A stretch of DNA of 63,709 bases, the filler included, from Choristocarpus tenellus KU-1152 (Eukaryota > Protista > Phaeophyceae): assembly GCA_964200185.2 (NCBI GenBank). It is 8 parts of 8 records of this genome, joined end to end, with 100 filler letters (N's around TTAATTAATTAA, not from the genome) between each part and the next. Parts side by side here need not be neighbours in the genome. Positions count along the whole stretch, not along the records: positions 29,609 to 44,627 come from CAXNAD020001076.1; positions 44,728 to 50,231 come from CAXNAD020010590.1; positions 50,332 to 53,410 come from CAXNAD020022468.1; 5 more parts are not named here. One strand, given 5' to 3'. The notes under the pieces are model-generated. The model did not search any database. It saw only the letters and a program-made list of their open reading frames with translations, and was not told where the DNA came from. Positions 38,390 through 50,511 of this stretch are shown here, one piece after another (within the stretch, counting starts at the first letter, position 1; the number at the start of each line of letters is the position of its first letter). The position numbers were made by a program, and so were the translations under genes.

Positions 38390-40240
38390 CCTGCAAGGAA
38401 CCCAACCACGGTCTAAGGAAAAAGAGCGACTCCCTCTCATGACTGGACTACCTTGAGGCTGGTGCCAAGTGTTGCTTTTTGTGAGTTGCTTTTTTTTTCA
38501 AGTACTCTTTGTACCCACATACTTACAAAACCACAACAAGAGGGACAAGTGAGTCAACCCAGGCTGCCCTTGTGGTGGTACAGAGGAGTATATGTTTTTT
38601 GTCCAAGTTTGGTGGGAGGGTAGATGTCCATGACCGACCCAATGCCATGTAACCAATGAGTGTATATAAGGGGAAATCGAAGCACTTTAGATTGAAGACA
38701 ACTGGGCAGGGTTAGTACCATGAGTACACCATTCTCTTTGTTTTTTGAGCTCCCTTCAGAAGTTTTTTTTTTCAGAATAATGCTCATTTTGGTTTAGTGT
38801 TGTCCCAGTAGTATAGTAGTTTTGTTCAAGGGAGTGCTTTGTCTCCCCCATTTTGCTGCTGGTGCCTAACATAGTAGGCGGTTGGTTGGTTGTGTATGTT
38901 CTAAACCATGGTATAGGTGTCATCTTGTACAGAGTTGATATGATATATCTTTTCCATGGCGAGAAGGACACTCTGTCCAGTGGTATTTGGAATTTACGTT
39001 TAGGTCTTGGACATTTGACATTTGGTGCTCGTTTTTACCTTTGAGAAGAAACCTTTTATGCTTTGTAAAGCAAGTTGACCTATCTTGTGCTTTCATGGTC
39101 CATTTCAAACGTTTTGATTGGAGTAGAGTATTTTATTGTGGTGGAGGGATGTGTGTTAAGATTTCATTACCTGCAACTTCAACCTGGGGATAGATGATTT
39201 GCAATCCATACAAAGGAAGACTTGTTGCCCAACCCTGATTGAGTTGGTTGAGAAATGCGGGGACTGACTGGTTTGATAAGTTTACACCAAATCTGGTTCT
39301 GCTGTGGTGATGTATGGGGCTGAGGTGTATGACCCTTGTTTATTGGCACTCCGATTATGATGTGATTATGATGTGTGTTTGTGATGTGTTACAAGGTAGA
39401 AAATACTTCCATTTTAGCGTTTCTTTCAATTTTCTGTGAGGAATGAAGCTCGGCCGGTCAGTATCACTTAGTATCACTCAGTATGAACCTGTGACCACCA
39501 TCCCTGTTCTCTAGAACTGGTAAGACTTGTTGGTCCCTAGATATGTACTCAAAGTGGGTGCTTTAGCCTTCTTGTATATTCTAACCCTAACCCTTCATGT
39601 ATATGTGTACGAACGTAAGTATTACTACATTATTTTTATTTTGGGGGTAAGCTGTTTTGAGGAGGAGTGCAATAATATTATTCTGTGCATATTGCAACAT
39701 TCACCGTTCTCTTGGTCATTTCAATTTCTACCCATTGCCACCCCCTGGACGATGTCCTTGGTCATGTAAAGAAGAGATGATGCTCTTTTTCGATAATTTT
39801 CTCTGCAAATTGGTTATGGTATGGTATCACAGGTTGTGGTCATGACAGTTTTGTAAGTACACACTTTAAATTCCACAAATGGACCTAGGAACCTAGAGCA
39901 AAAAACGGCTGACAATCTTGAACTTAGGGTTAGGGTTAGGGTTTTCAAATCGTTTTGGGGGGGGAATTACAATATTGGGAAGTCAGTGGGCGTCAGAATA
40001 TCTCTACACAAGAAAGGATGTAAGATGCCCTTCAAATAAGGTTGAAAAATTTGTTCGTTTTTTTTGTACTGTCCTGGAGTGGTTAGTGTGTGCCTCCACT
40101 ATCACTACCTCCTTCCGTACTCTTGATACGATTTTGCACATGGATGGCTCTCAAGATTGTTGTTCCTGAAGTGCTCTTCTGATATTGGGCAGATGGGTAT
40201 CCCTCCTCTGTCTGCTGACCACTCTAGCACGTTTGAGAGG

Positions 40241-40458
40241 GAGTGAAAGTATCTTAGAGGGTACGAGTTTGGTCCTGTTTGTCCATTTGGTGCTTTGCTT
40301 CCAATGGATTTTTGGTGATATTTTACCTGCTCCAAAATGTTTCGGAGTAGGTAATATGCGTATGTTATGAAAAGGTGCGTCCGGAACAAGGATATTGACA
40401 TTTCCTAACAAACACGATAACCAAAATTCCATCAAAATTGCAATATTGCATTTTGTCC
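40241..40458 (-). mobile_element. MITE family A, one end missing
   Basis: GAGTGAAAGTATCTTAGAGGGTACGAG followed by internal family A sequence. Confidence 0.85.
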
Positions 40459-40749
40459 ATTGTGCTCTTCAAGCTTGAACTTCAACTTCAACTTGAACAC
40501 TCTCGAATCACCACCGCGCCCTCCCTTCCGGAACCTCCCCCATCCTCCCTTCCTCTGTCCTCAGTCCTCAGTCCCTCCTTTGCACCTTCTTCTCTCGGTT
40601 AGCCGGTGTCTCCCTCTAGGCAGTCCCTCTATTTCTGAGTTTTAAGGAATAAAGCTGTCTGTATGGCATGAGCAGACAGCATGTTTGCCAAGCGCTATAT
40701 ATATATGTATATATATCTTAGGCCATCCAGCCTGAGGGTAGGAGGATGT

Positions 40750-41620
40750 GTAAGTTTTGGCACTTTCCTTTTAGAATTTGCTGGCTGAGAACCATTCTCT
40801 GGTGGTAGAGCTGAGATTCTTGTCTGTGTACAAAGATTGGTCAATTCTCAAACTACTTTGGTACCACAATTATGGTCTGTGTCACACAGGGTATCATTGA
40901 GAGTAGTTGGAGTGAGTTCACGATTGAACTTGATGCTACGCCTCATTTGGAATCCAGTGACACCAAGAGTGGGATAGTTAGGAGCTTAATGACACCATGT
41001 CATCAATAATTCCAAAGTCCTCTATATAATGTCATCTAAGATTAAGCCCTCTATGGCCCCATCGAATTCCTGGCACCGCCTATAGAGGAGCCATTGGGAT
41101 ATGCACCATCGTCAATATCAAAAGTCCCATATGTAGGATGGAAATATTTAATGGCCCACAAGACAGTCATGCTTCCCTCTTAATAAGGGGCCTTCTACTA
41201 ACCCTCCTAGATCATCTGTGGATGGTATATGCTAATTTGTGTTCCTGCTCTTCCTGCTGTATCCGAGTTAGCATGGCCCCAGCTCCCTCAACAAATTGCG
41301 TCTGTATGTGAAGCAGGAAGACTTTCCCACTCTGGAAACACTAGGTCAGGGGGGGATATCAAGCGCAGTTCAAGCTTGTCACAGGCTCCTTGCTGCTCTT
41401 GTTTCCAAGGGATATTATGTTTACCTCTTTTTAATAATCATGTTACGGAGAACGTCACTAACGAGAGCAATAGCAAACAGTTCATATTTGGAAATGAACT
41501 GTCCCATACACCCATGCAAGAAACCTCTCCACTGCTCAACAGTAGATGGGGGAGTTACTTTGGCTACAGTAGTAAGCTTTGATAGGGCAGGACTCAATTC
41601 GTATTGATCAACTTGCTTTC
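40750..41620 (-). mobile_element. Ty3/gypsy pol relic (RT thumb, connection and RNase H)
   Basis: Minus-strand fragments in canonical gypsy order, with frameshifts: SPALSKLTTVAKVTPPSTVEQWRGFL...FISKY, LVFPEW...HTDA, GAGAMLT...LAY and VLWAIKYFHP. Confidence 0.8.
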
Positions 41621-41623
41621 GTA

Positions 41624-41883
41624 AACCCAAAGCATTTAAGATGGCAGGAGCTTTGCCCAATTATTCCGTTCAGGACTTGGCTTTCCACGGGTCTTTTCTA
41701 CCCCTTTTCGTTTTTCTGTGTGAACACACTTGTTACCTAAAGTGTATACGATTTTGAAAGGTGTGTCCAGAGCAAGGATATTGACACTTGCTGAAAAATA
41801 CGATAGCCAAAATTCTTCAAAATTGCAACATTAAATTTATGACCCAAATGGAAGTAGCCCTACCCTCTTAAATGCTTTGACTC
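41624..41883 (-). mobile_element. MITE family A, diverged subfamily
   Basis: Variant TIR core CAAAGCATTTAAGA at both ends, internal AAGGATATTGACACTT shared with family A, and flanks GTA/CTA. Confidence 0.75.
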
Positions 41884-41899
41884 CTACAGATTCTTGCAA

Positions 41900-43850
41900 T
41901 GATGTACATCATGAAATCTTTGAAAAGAGGCAATCACTTTACAGAAAAAAATATATCTGAAGTTGTCCGTGTTGCTGTACTTCCTTGTTCAGAGCCTGGT
42001 CTTGTGGATTGTGAGAAGCACCCCCTCAAGACTGCCCCATCATCCTGTCCAAACCTTAATTTGCCTGTCAAGCGCCTAAATTACTCTTTTCCGTGAGCAT
42101 GGTAGAAGCACACATTTTGCTTCTTAAACCACCTATCTACATCTAATTTAGGGATGCTCAGAGTAGAAGCAAAACATTGACTAGATGGTAATGGAGGAAA
42201 CATTACGCAGGATCTTGTCCTGATGAGAGTGTCCCAAACTGCAAGAGGCTTCCAGGTGAGTGCAAGAATATGGGCAGGACCTGGTCAAGTCTCTGATCCC
42301 ATGTTGATTCTAGATACACTGAGACAACAGTGATGAGGATATACTGGAGAGAACAAATTGACAGCAGCAAGATTAAATGTGCAACTAGTTTGTGACAAAA
42401 ATGATTCCACCACCGGAGGAGAAAAAATTAGGATCTACTCAACAACTCAGACACAGAAAGTGGGAGATGGTCCCATACGTGGTCACAATTGCCATCTACT
42501 CTATTGGAGGGTGATTTTGAACAACGGTTTCAAGATGTGGTCCATCACTCTGGTACCACAATGTTGTGAGCAGGCCCATCCACGGAATGCCCCAAAGTGG
42601 AGACAAGTTCCCTGAAGTCACTAAACCATGCTTGTTGAGCAGCATATCCAAAGCCACAAGCCCATTTGATGAGCACACTATGCCTTGTTTCAGAAGAGAA
42701 ACATAATGGGTTGCTGTTCTGGTAGGACATACATGTTTCTGTACCAAGTTTAACCTTGATGGATAATAAAACAGCTTCACGGTCCATGCACTCTAAGACC
42801 AGACAGGTACTGCTTCGGGTAAAACTATATACTGCTAACATGTATTGAACATTTACTCTGGGGTAATTTGATGAGCATGTCAGCATATGTCAATATGGCA
42901 CTCATTATTCAGAATTGGAAGGGTGTATCAATTTACAATAAAATCAGAATTAATGTTTGTGGCTTCAACGTACCAACATGTTTGATTGGGATCACACTCT
43001 CAGACTTAATGTAATGTGCAGCACCCTAAGCAAATGGTATTGACTCAAATTTACTCGAAGCCCAAAATAAGGTCAGGTGTGGTGATCATCCTGCTTCTGA
43101 TTTCCGCCTTCAAGTGTTGCCTCTCGTGTGCTACTTCACAGGCTTACTGTATCTTCATCGATCTCTGTGCCCTTGGCGCTTACTTCCATAGATGCGAAAC
43201 ATAGGTTACGTTCCACGCAACCTTACTGGAAGTCTCCCACAAGGACCTTATGGGTTTCCTTAAAACCTTCCCGAGCGATCACAAGCCCAAGAGGGCCTGC
43301 TAAGCCAAGATCAGCCCCCTGATACCTTTGCCAAGAACTACTTTCTCCCCCTGCCACCAACGAGCATTTCCAGTTCGCCTACATCCAGGCCGTTGTGCTA
43401 CTTAAGATTTCAGTTCTGAGCTATAGTATTTGATCTTTGCTCTGTAAACTTCGTTTGTGTTGACACAAGTACTCACCTTTGGCTGGCGGTCTAGTTCCTT
43501 CTTCCTCACAGGAACCATTGAAGTGACTTTTTGAAGAATCCTGGTTCAAACCCATGTGTGCTTGATGGTGAGCTCATTCCCACCCATCATGTCGATCGTT
43601 TCTGTACATTCTCCGTTCGCCAGGATCACCCACTTCTCAGCACCTTCCACACCCTGATGTTCGACGTTTTGTGGTATACGCGTTTTTGGTCCTAGGCCAT
43701 CAGACCTGGTCTAAGCTCTACTATATCGACCTTGTTGACTTCACTGGAGGCTGTACAATTTGATCATTTGGCTTGTAAAAGTGCGATTTGGGCGCGTTGG
43801 GAGGAGTGTGCAGTCCTTCCAGCTTAAAGTTCTGAAATACTCTTGTTTAA
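41900..43850 (-). mobile_element. Degenerate LTR retrotransposon relic, probably Ty1/copia gag to pre-integrase
   Basis: Weak motifs only: VWKVL (gag-like) near 43640 and FYHAHG...LTGKL (GAG-pre-integrase-like) near 42100. No intact ORF. Confidence 0.33.
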
Positions 43851-44217
43851 GGAAGTGTTGAAGATGTTGTCATCATGACTTTCTTGTTATTATTCCTTGA
43901 ATTCCGGGAAAAAAATTAAGGTGATGACTTGACTTGAGTCTTCCTTCCCCTTCATGCTTAAGAGATTAAAAAAACAGTTGGTATGAAATAAGACTAAATG
44001 ACGAAGTTCGATTATTTGCTTTATACGAAGTATATTGCTTACTTCACAACAACCTGTTCGGTGTGATTTGATCAATATATACTCAACAGCCAAAAAGTAA
44101 GATGTTTTCTGCCAATCACAATCTGCAAACACAGAACAACTGCCTGTTGTGGAAGTCTTGTTAGTATAAGCAGTAGATTTGAGTCAACATACATCATCAC
44201 AGAATGAAAATAAGCTG

Positions 44218-44480
44218 GAGTCACCAGGGAGATGGGAACGGAGGGGTTTGTTGGATACTTGGGATGCCTCCCTAGCTCCTCCCCCCGGGCGCAGGAGTAG
44301 GTAGATGGGAAGCACAGGAAGGCAATAGTACAATATTGATAGTGGTGAAGTAGCAAATTAGTATTTTTCACATTTATGATATTTTTTTTCTTTAGGGCTT
44401 ATACTGACATATGTATAGTTTTCATTTGTTTCCCCCCTGACACATCTGGAAAATGTCAGAGGGCATAATAATAAAAAATA
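44218..44480. mobile_element. Second copy (one arm plus centre) of the foldback element
   Basis: GAGTCACCAGGGAGATGGG...GAGTAGGTAGATGGGAAG...CTGACACATCTGGAAAATGTCAGAGGG matches 25271-25707. Confidence 0.85.
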
Positions 44481-47339
44481 TAGGTAAGGATACACAAGGT
44501 GGAGGATATGATTGGTGATGAATTGGGACTGGGCTGGCCAGGAGAAGCAAGTTATGTAAGGGTTTAAACAGGGGATTCGCAAAATTGAGGATGGCGCGGG
44601 ACTATGAGGATGGTTGTTTTTCGAAAANNNNNNNNNNNNNNNNNNNNNNNNNNNNNNNNNNNNNNNNNNNNTTAATTAATTAANNNNNNNNNNNNNNNNN
44701 NNNNNNNNNNNNNNNNNNNNNNNNNNNCGGAGATAGTCGGCGTGCGGGGTTGGGCTGCTATGCGGGCTGTTCCACATCCTGGATGTGTAGTCTTTTTTTT
44801 TTGAGACCTTGAACTCAACCTCGAAAGCTGGATACGAACACCTCTCCAAAGGTTCAATTGTCTAGGAGGTATAGGAAGCGCATATCTCACTACCAATGCT
44901 TAGCGAACCTCCACAGAGAGCCCCAAGTTGTCATAAGGGCTAGATGCGTTACTGGTTTCGGTCATTTAGCTGCTGTTGGGATATATTTGGGTGTTTCAAT
45001 ATAGGTTCCCACACTATTATATTACATCTAAAACATGACAGAACTTTTCCCCAAATTCCAAAATTAGGCAATGATTCTCGGAATAAAATCAAAATAATCA
45101 AACTGTAAAGATGGTACAAATTGATCCTTTTTGGATTGATACCCTCTTTGGAGTACATGTGCGTTCTTGGGATATCGCATACCAGCCAAACGTTCGTTGA
45201 ACAGACGTTTGTAACAGACTTTTGTGATTGGAGGAAATGTGAGAGCTTCCAACTAAGGTATGCCTTTTAGGTGACCTACCTTCAAGGTCTGTTGCTCATA
45301 TATGGCATCTGCTTGAAGTAAATTGTGGGTGGTTTGAGGAGGGGACCTTGCAATCCTCCCATAATTCACCTTTTGCTTGTTCACTCTTTCCTGAGTGATC
45401 TTCTGAGGGACTGCTCTCCCTCCTTCCTTGTCTTTCTCCATTCCCTTCCTCCTGTGGGTGTTCCTGCTCCCCTTCAGTCTGAAGAACCTATCGGTCTGTT
45501 TCCATCTGTTTCACAAATATTATATATAGCACTTACAGGAGTACTCGTGTAGGATACAAATAAAACTAGAGAGAAGGGAAAATAGGGAGGCATGTTCATG
45601 ACGTGTTCGTCTCTGAGTGTCAAAAACGTAGTGTCTGGCTTACCATAGACGAAATATTCTAACTTGACTGAGTCCATGGTCATTGACTTTTTCAACATGG
45701 GTGGGCCACAGGCTGACCTGTGGCCATCTGGTCAACAGCAAACGCGCTAGCTGGCCTGGTGAAAAGTCCTGGACAAATTGACTATAATATATAATGCACA
45801 CTTTGAACATGTAATGGAAAAGGGAAAACGAAAAATGTGTGCGAAATATTTTTGATCTGTGGTGGTGCCAGGTTTTGAAATCTTTAAATCTTGAGTCTTT
45901 AAACCTTGAGACTCAGCTTTGTATTAGCTAAGGGGTATTCTTCCGAGTTTACCAACTCCCTTCAAATATAGTACTATTCATCACCAGTCACTGCCATCAA
46001 TTGGTCTCTCTACATCAGTAGACCTCTACGTGCACACCAGCAAGACTTTACATCAATGTTCTCTAAATCATGTCCAAAAAGACCAGGGCTTTTTCACGAG
46101 TGTGGCAAATCAAAATTTCCACAGTTGGACCAATCCCACAATAATTTAATATGTCCTGGTCCATATCCACTAGGTGTTGAACCGGTCCATGTCCGCACCG
46201 CTGACTGTGTCAAACATTTTCTATCATGTCTGGATCAAAGGTTAGTTATACTTTAGTAGTGTGTGCATGTTGCATATAGATAGTAATCTTTCAAATCTTT
46301 AACACCAAACACACAACGATGATGTATTTGTGTTCAATTTTACATCAATACTCTCAATAATAGTAAAATGGAAAATGGTGTCGCGCATCCCTAACACCAG
46401 CAAGGAGTCAACGTAACACAGAGCAAGTGCGGTCCAACCTTCCTCGGTCAGCTCGCAGTTCTTTCCCCGAGACAGTGGGCTCCATGCCAGGGACGACAGG
46501 CTGTGAGGGTTGTGAGAGTGTTGTGCGGCTCCATGCTGCAAACATCAAAAGACGATAAAAATATTCCCCAATTTGTGTTCCATTCTTTCGGAACCACTTC
46601 AGAACAGAAAGTAGAATTCTTTGAACTTTAGTGTTTTTAATGTAAAATATTCCAAAGAATCCACATGGAACCCAAGATATGGACTGTTCAAGACCCAATC
46701 TGGAGAAAATACTTTAGAACCACGAAGCAGACAACAGGCATTCAAGCTGTTACAAACCTGCTACAGGTGGATTCATCCCCATCCAGTATGTGTGAAATGA
46801 AAGCTGATGCCCTAACGCATCCCTCAAGCTGTGGTATTGCCTTTGACTCACAAATCAGCCAGTAATAGGGTTCACTATTGAATAAGGGGGGCTTTCTGTT
46901 TTTGAAGGTATTTTTGATGTTATCATATTTACATTATTGTTTTACTACCCCTCATGATGTGAAAACTACGTCATTAGAATGCTTATATACACAGGATAGA
47001 ATATGTTTTGATGGCTCAAATAGTTTTGGTTCGTAGTGCAGATCATTTTAAGAAAAAAATGCTTGGGGTATTCCAAGTGTACTAGGAGTACTTTTAGTGG
47101 TTCTGGGTCATCTTTCAATATTAATTATAAAAGTAGAGACACAGGTTAGTCAGCTTCAGTGTTGATATTGTTGAGATCTTCCACCATGAGTTCTAACATA
47201 TAATCCTTCTAAAAATCTCATCTAATCCTCTCTACATCCATTGGTCTCACTAACTCTTACACATCTCTTAGCTCGTCTGGAATTTGTCAGGTTGAGTATG
47301 TCTCTCTCCAATATCTTGTCCTATGTCTTGGTGTAATTT

Positions 47340-47800
47340 GTCATGTCCCTCTGGGTATGTGCAACCAGGTACTACAGTCTCTTGGTTTCCAGGTTTCCAT
47401 CTACACTCAATCCGATCCTAGGTAAGGTCACTGTACTACCCCAGCCTGACTTGATCTCTCACTTAAGCTATTGTTCTCCCCTTTGCATACTGAAAGCTGA
47501 CACATTGCTTCCTCTGCTGCCAGAACAACTTGATGGGCTGAAACGCATACAAGATAGTGTCCAAATCAAATCCCAGCCCTCTTCACCACAACAATTCTGC
47601 TGTCTCAGTCCCAGCAATCTCAGTTGGGGGCTTGGAATTCCACCAGCCTCCGATGATGAGTACCCTTTTTCTTTTTCGCTGCAACCATGTAGGCCCTTGC
47701 CTGATCTTTGGTTGGCCTCCCTCTCCCCCTCCCCCTCCCCCTCCCCCTCCCCCTCATGATTTGTGGCATCCCCTCGTCTGCAGGTGGTTATGATGCTGAC
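47340..47800 (-). mobile_element. Possible retrotransposon gag relic (RG-rich tract plus decayed zinc knuckle)
   Basis: (AGGGGG)n reads RGRGRG in one frame, followed by NCCGEEGW (cf. CxxCGEEGH). Weak. Confidence 0.25.
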
Positions 47801-48499
47801 CCTCTCCACTTCTTGCTTTTATTATTTGGCATCCCGGGTTTCCTTATTTGGGATAAACCGTGAGGCAAAAGCCTCCTTGGTTGGAATCTTAGTTGGAATG
47901 GGACCCTTCCAGAGGGGCATAATTTAACTTAAATAATATTTTGCTCACTTTCTCATCCTCTATAGCATAATCTCCTGTAGTAAAGTATCTGAGACAGAGC
48001 GTTGTTGTTGAAGATGTTGTGCCTGAAGGCTTGACTATGAATTGAAGATGTATTCATTATGATATCAATACACCTCTTCTACTATTTACTTCTTTCATGT
48101 ATTTAACGATATGGTCATATCATTCATCCAACAATGTCTGTGAATAGAAGGAAAATTTCAGGCATAACTGAAAAAAAATAAAACACCAGTAGTTAGCATT
48201 GACATCTCTTCACTGCACCTTGAATTGGCTGGTTAGAAGAAGTAGTACAGCAAAATTTTGCTAGGGTTAGGGTTAGTAGCTCATATCTAATTTGGCACAG
48301 ACTTATGAGAGATGGGGGGAGGTATATTCATACAAGAGAACACAGATAAGCTGTGTACAACCACCTACATTTCAGGATCGATTAAGAATCCCAATTTTCG
48401 AGATATCAGGACCTACTGCTGTGACTGGATTTCTCTAGTCTTGACATGCAGCTGCCTTCTAGTCATCCTCCCATGCATCCACCATGATAATTCAAATGA

Positions 48500-49250
48500 T
48501 AAGGAGAAAGACAAGGGGCTGCAAACTATCGGGCTCTTGTTGCTTCCTTTTGCTTGCAGCAATATTCCCAGATGAAGAGAGCATACTACCCTCTGAGTTA
48601 GTCTGAGAAGCAGGGATAACCAAAACATCTTGGCAAGTATGGAGCCAACTTCCACTAGTGCTGACCACTCCATATGCTTCCTCACCAGCGATTGCACCAC
48701 CTCTCAACCACCAGTTGCTGATCCCCTACCAGTTTGTTAGAGTCCAGCTCTTGTGAACCTCTCCACATGGATAGTGTGTGCCCTGTGACGTACTACTTTG
48801 CTTGGTGTGTCCAAAACATCCTGTGATAATTGCTCTGCTACCAGATTGCCAACCACTTCCAATTCGACTTGACTGCAAACTGTGCTACTACACTGTGCTT
48901 CTGCTTCTGGAATGCCATAAAGAAACATGTTTGAATCCAGGATTCAGGCAGGTGGCCAGCACCCGCTTTTGCTTGAATCTTCTGGGCTGCCTACACAGGC
49001 CCTCAAAGTGAAAACATGAAATTGGTCCCACTCCTAATGTGATTGAAAAGATCGCCCATCATATCTCTGGTCCACAGCAACACAGCCTGGGAAGTTGAAG
49101 TCGAGGAAGGGGTTGTAATTCTTCCATTTGATGGAGGGGGTCAATGCTTAGGCTGTATGTGTAGGGATTGATAAGGGACAGGGTTACATAGCAGGTCTCA
49201 CTCTCGAGGAATTTCTGGACCCCCTTGATGGGCACCAGAAGTCATAATCA
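48500..49250 (-). mobile_element. Possible retroelement RNase H relic
   Basis: AEAQCSSTV...ELEVVGNLVA...VLDTPSKVVRHRA resembles AQ.NY...ELE..A.V.A...YL...F.VVTDH.A. Heavily degraded. Confidence 0.35.
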
Positions 49251-50146
49251 GAATATAGTGAAACAGGGAGTCAGTCAGGGATAGGATGAAAAAAACAAAG
49301 TTTTTGTTGTATGTGAAGGAAGTGGATGCTGTCACTGGCAGACAATAGGTTAACATAGTATTTATTCTACTTAATAGAATATTGCCATCAACGCTTCAGC
49401 AGTAGACCCCCCCCCCCCTGTTATGTTAGTTACAAGCAACACATCTATATTATGTTTCAATGTCCACATCTTTCCTCCCACTTGAATGGTATCAGGGTGG
49501 CTTCAATGTCATCAATTCTCTTGTGAAACAATAGCAAGCTTGAGGTACACCAGCTGTTCCACAATGCATGTTACATGTAGACCATCAAGGTGCAGTTAAA
49601 TCCTGCACAATGCCTTGTAGTTCCATGTTCTTAATCCTACAGCATTCCTCCCTTGATCCTTTCTTGGCTGATGTCATGGTTAACTTTGCCCAATCAAAGC
49701 CTCCACACAGCCCTCAGGCAGGGTTAAACCCATGAATGTGCAATGGGTTGTGAGTTGTGACATTTTGTGGTGATGAAGGCACTAATAGCACTAATACGTT
49801 ATGACACGTGGAGATAGTTTTGTGTGTGTGTTGTGATTAGAAAAACCCCAACCAAATAATCGAAGTTTTTCAGTTATGATCTCGTGTTCTCAAGCAATCA
49901 AACTGAAGTCGATTAACTGTTGTGATTCACCAGAAATGGTGCAGTCAAAATTGCAAGCAACTTATTTTTTGTGTAGTGATTGTTCTCTTGCGATTGAGTC
50001 ATTTGGTGTAATGCTACAACTTCAGCTTCACGTTAGCGTACTACTTGACCTCTAGCTGTAAGTATCCGGCTGTTGGCATCGACATAAAAGCTCGTGTGGT
50101 CATTCAGCATTTAGAAGTCGGGCAAGGGCACTAGGGAAGATCATAT

Positions 50147-50511
50147 GGGTCAAAGTATCTGAGGGGGGGGGGGGGGTTTGTGAGAGGGCGCCCGTTTCAG
50201 TCAAATAACTCTTTTTTTTCTGACATTTCAANNNNNNNNNNNNNNNNNNNNNNNNNNNNNNNNNNNNNNNNNNNNTTAATTAATTAANNNNNNNNNNNNN
50301 NNNNNNNNNNNNNNNNNNNNNNNNNNNNNNNAGGGTTGGTGGGGGCGGGTTGGTGTGGGTTTTGTGAGGGGGCGTCCGTTTCGGTCAAACAACCTTTTTT
50401 TGCTGACATTTCAAATCCGACACGTGCGACCAGATCACACCAAAAAAGCGAAAATCGAAAAAAGGGTGAAAAACGGACGCCGACACCCCCTCCCCCCAGA
50501 TACTTTGACCC
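50147..50511 (+). mobile_element. MITE family C, ends on both sides of a gap
   Basis: GGGTCAAAGTATCTG at 50147 and CAGATACTTTGACCC ending at 50511, with TAT flanking both. The internal sequence is present on both sides of the gap. Confidence 0.8.
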
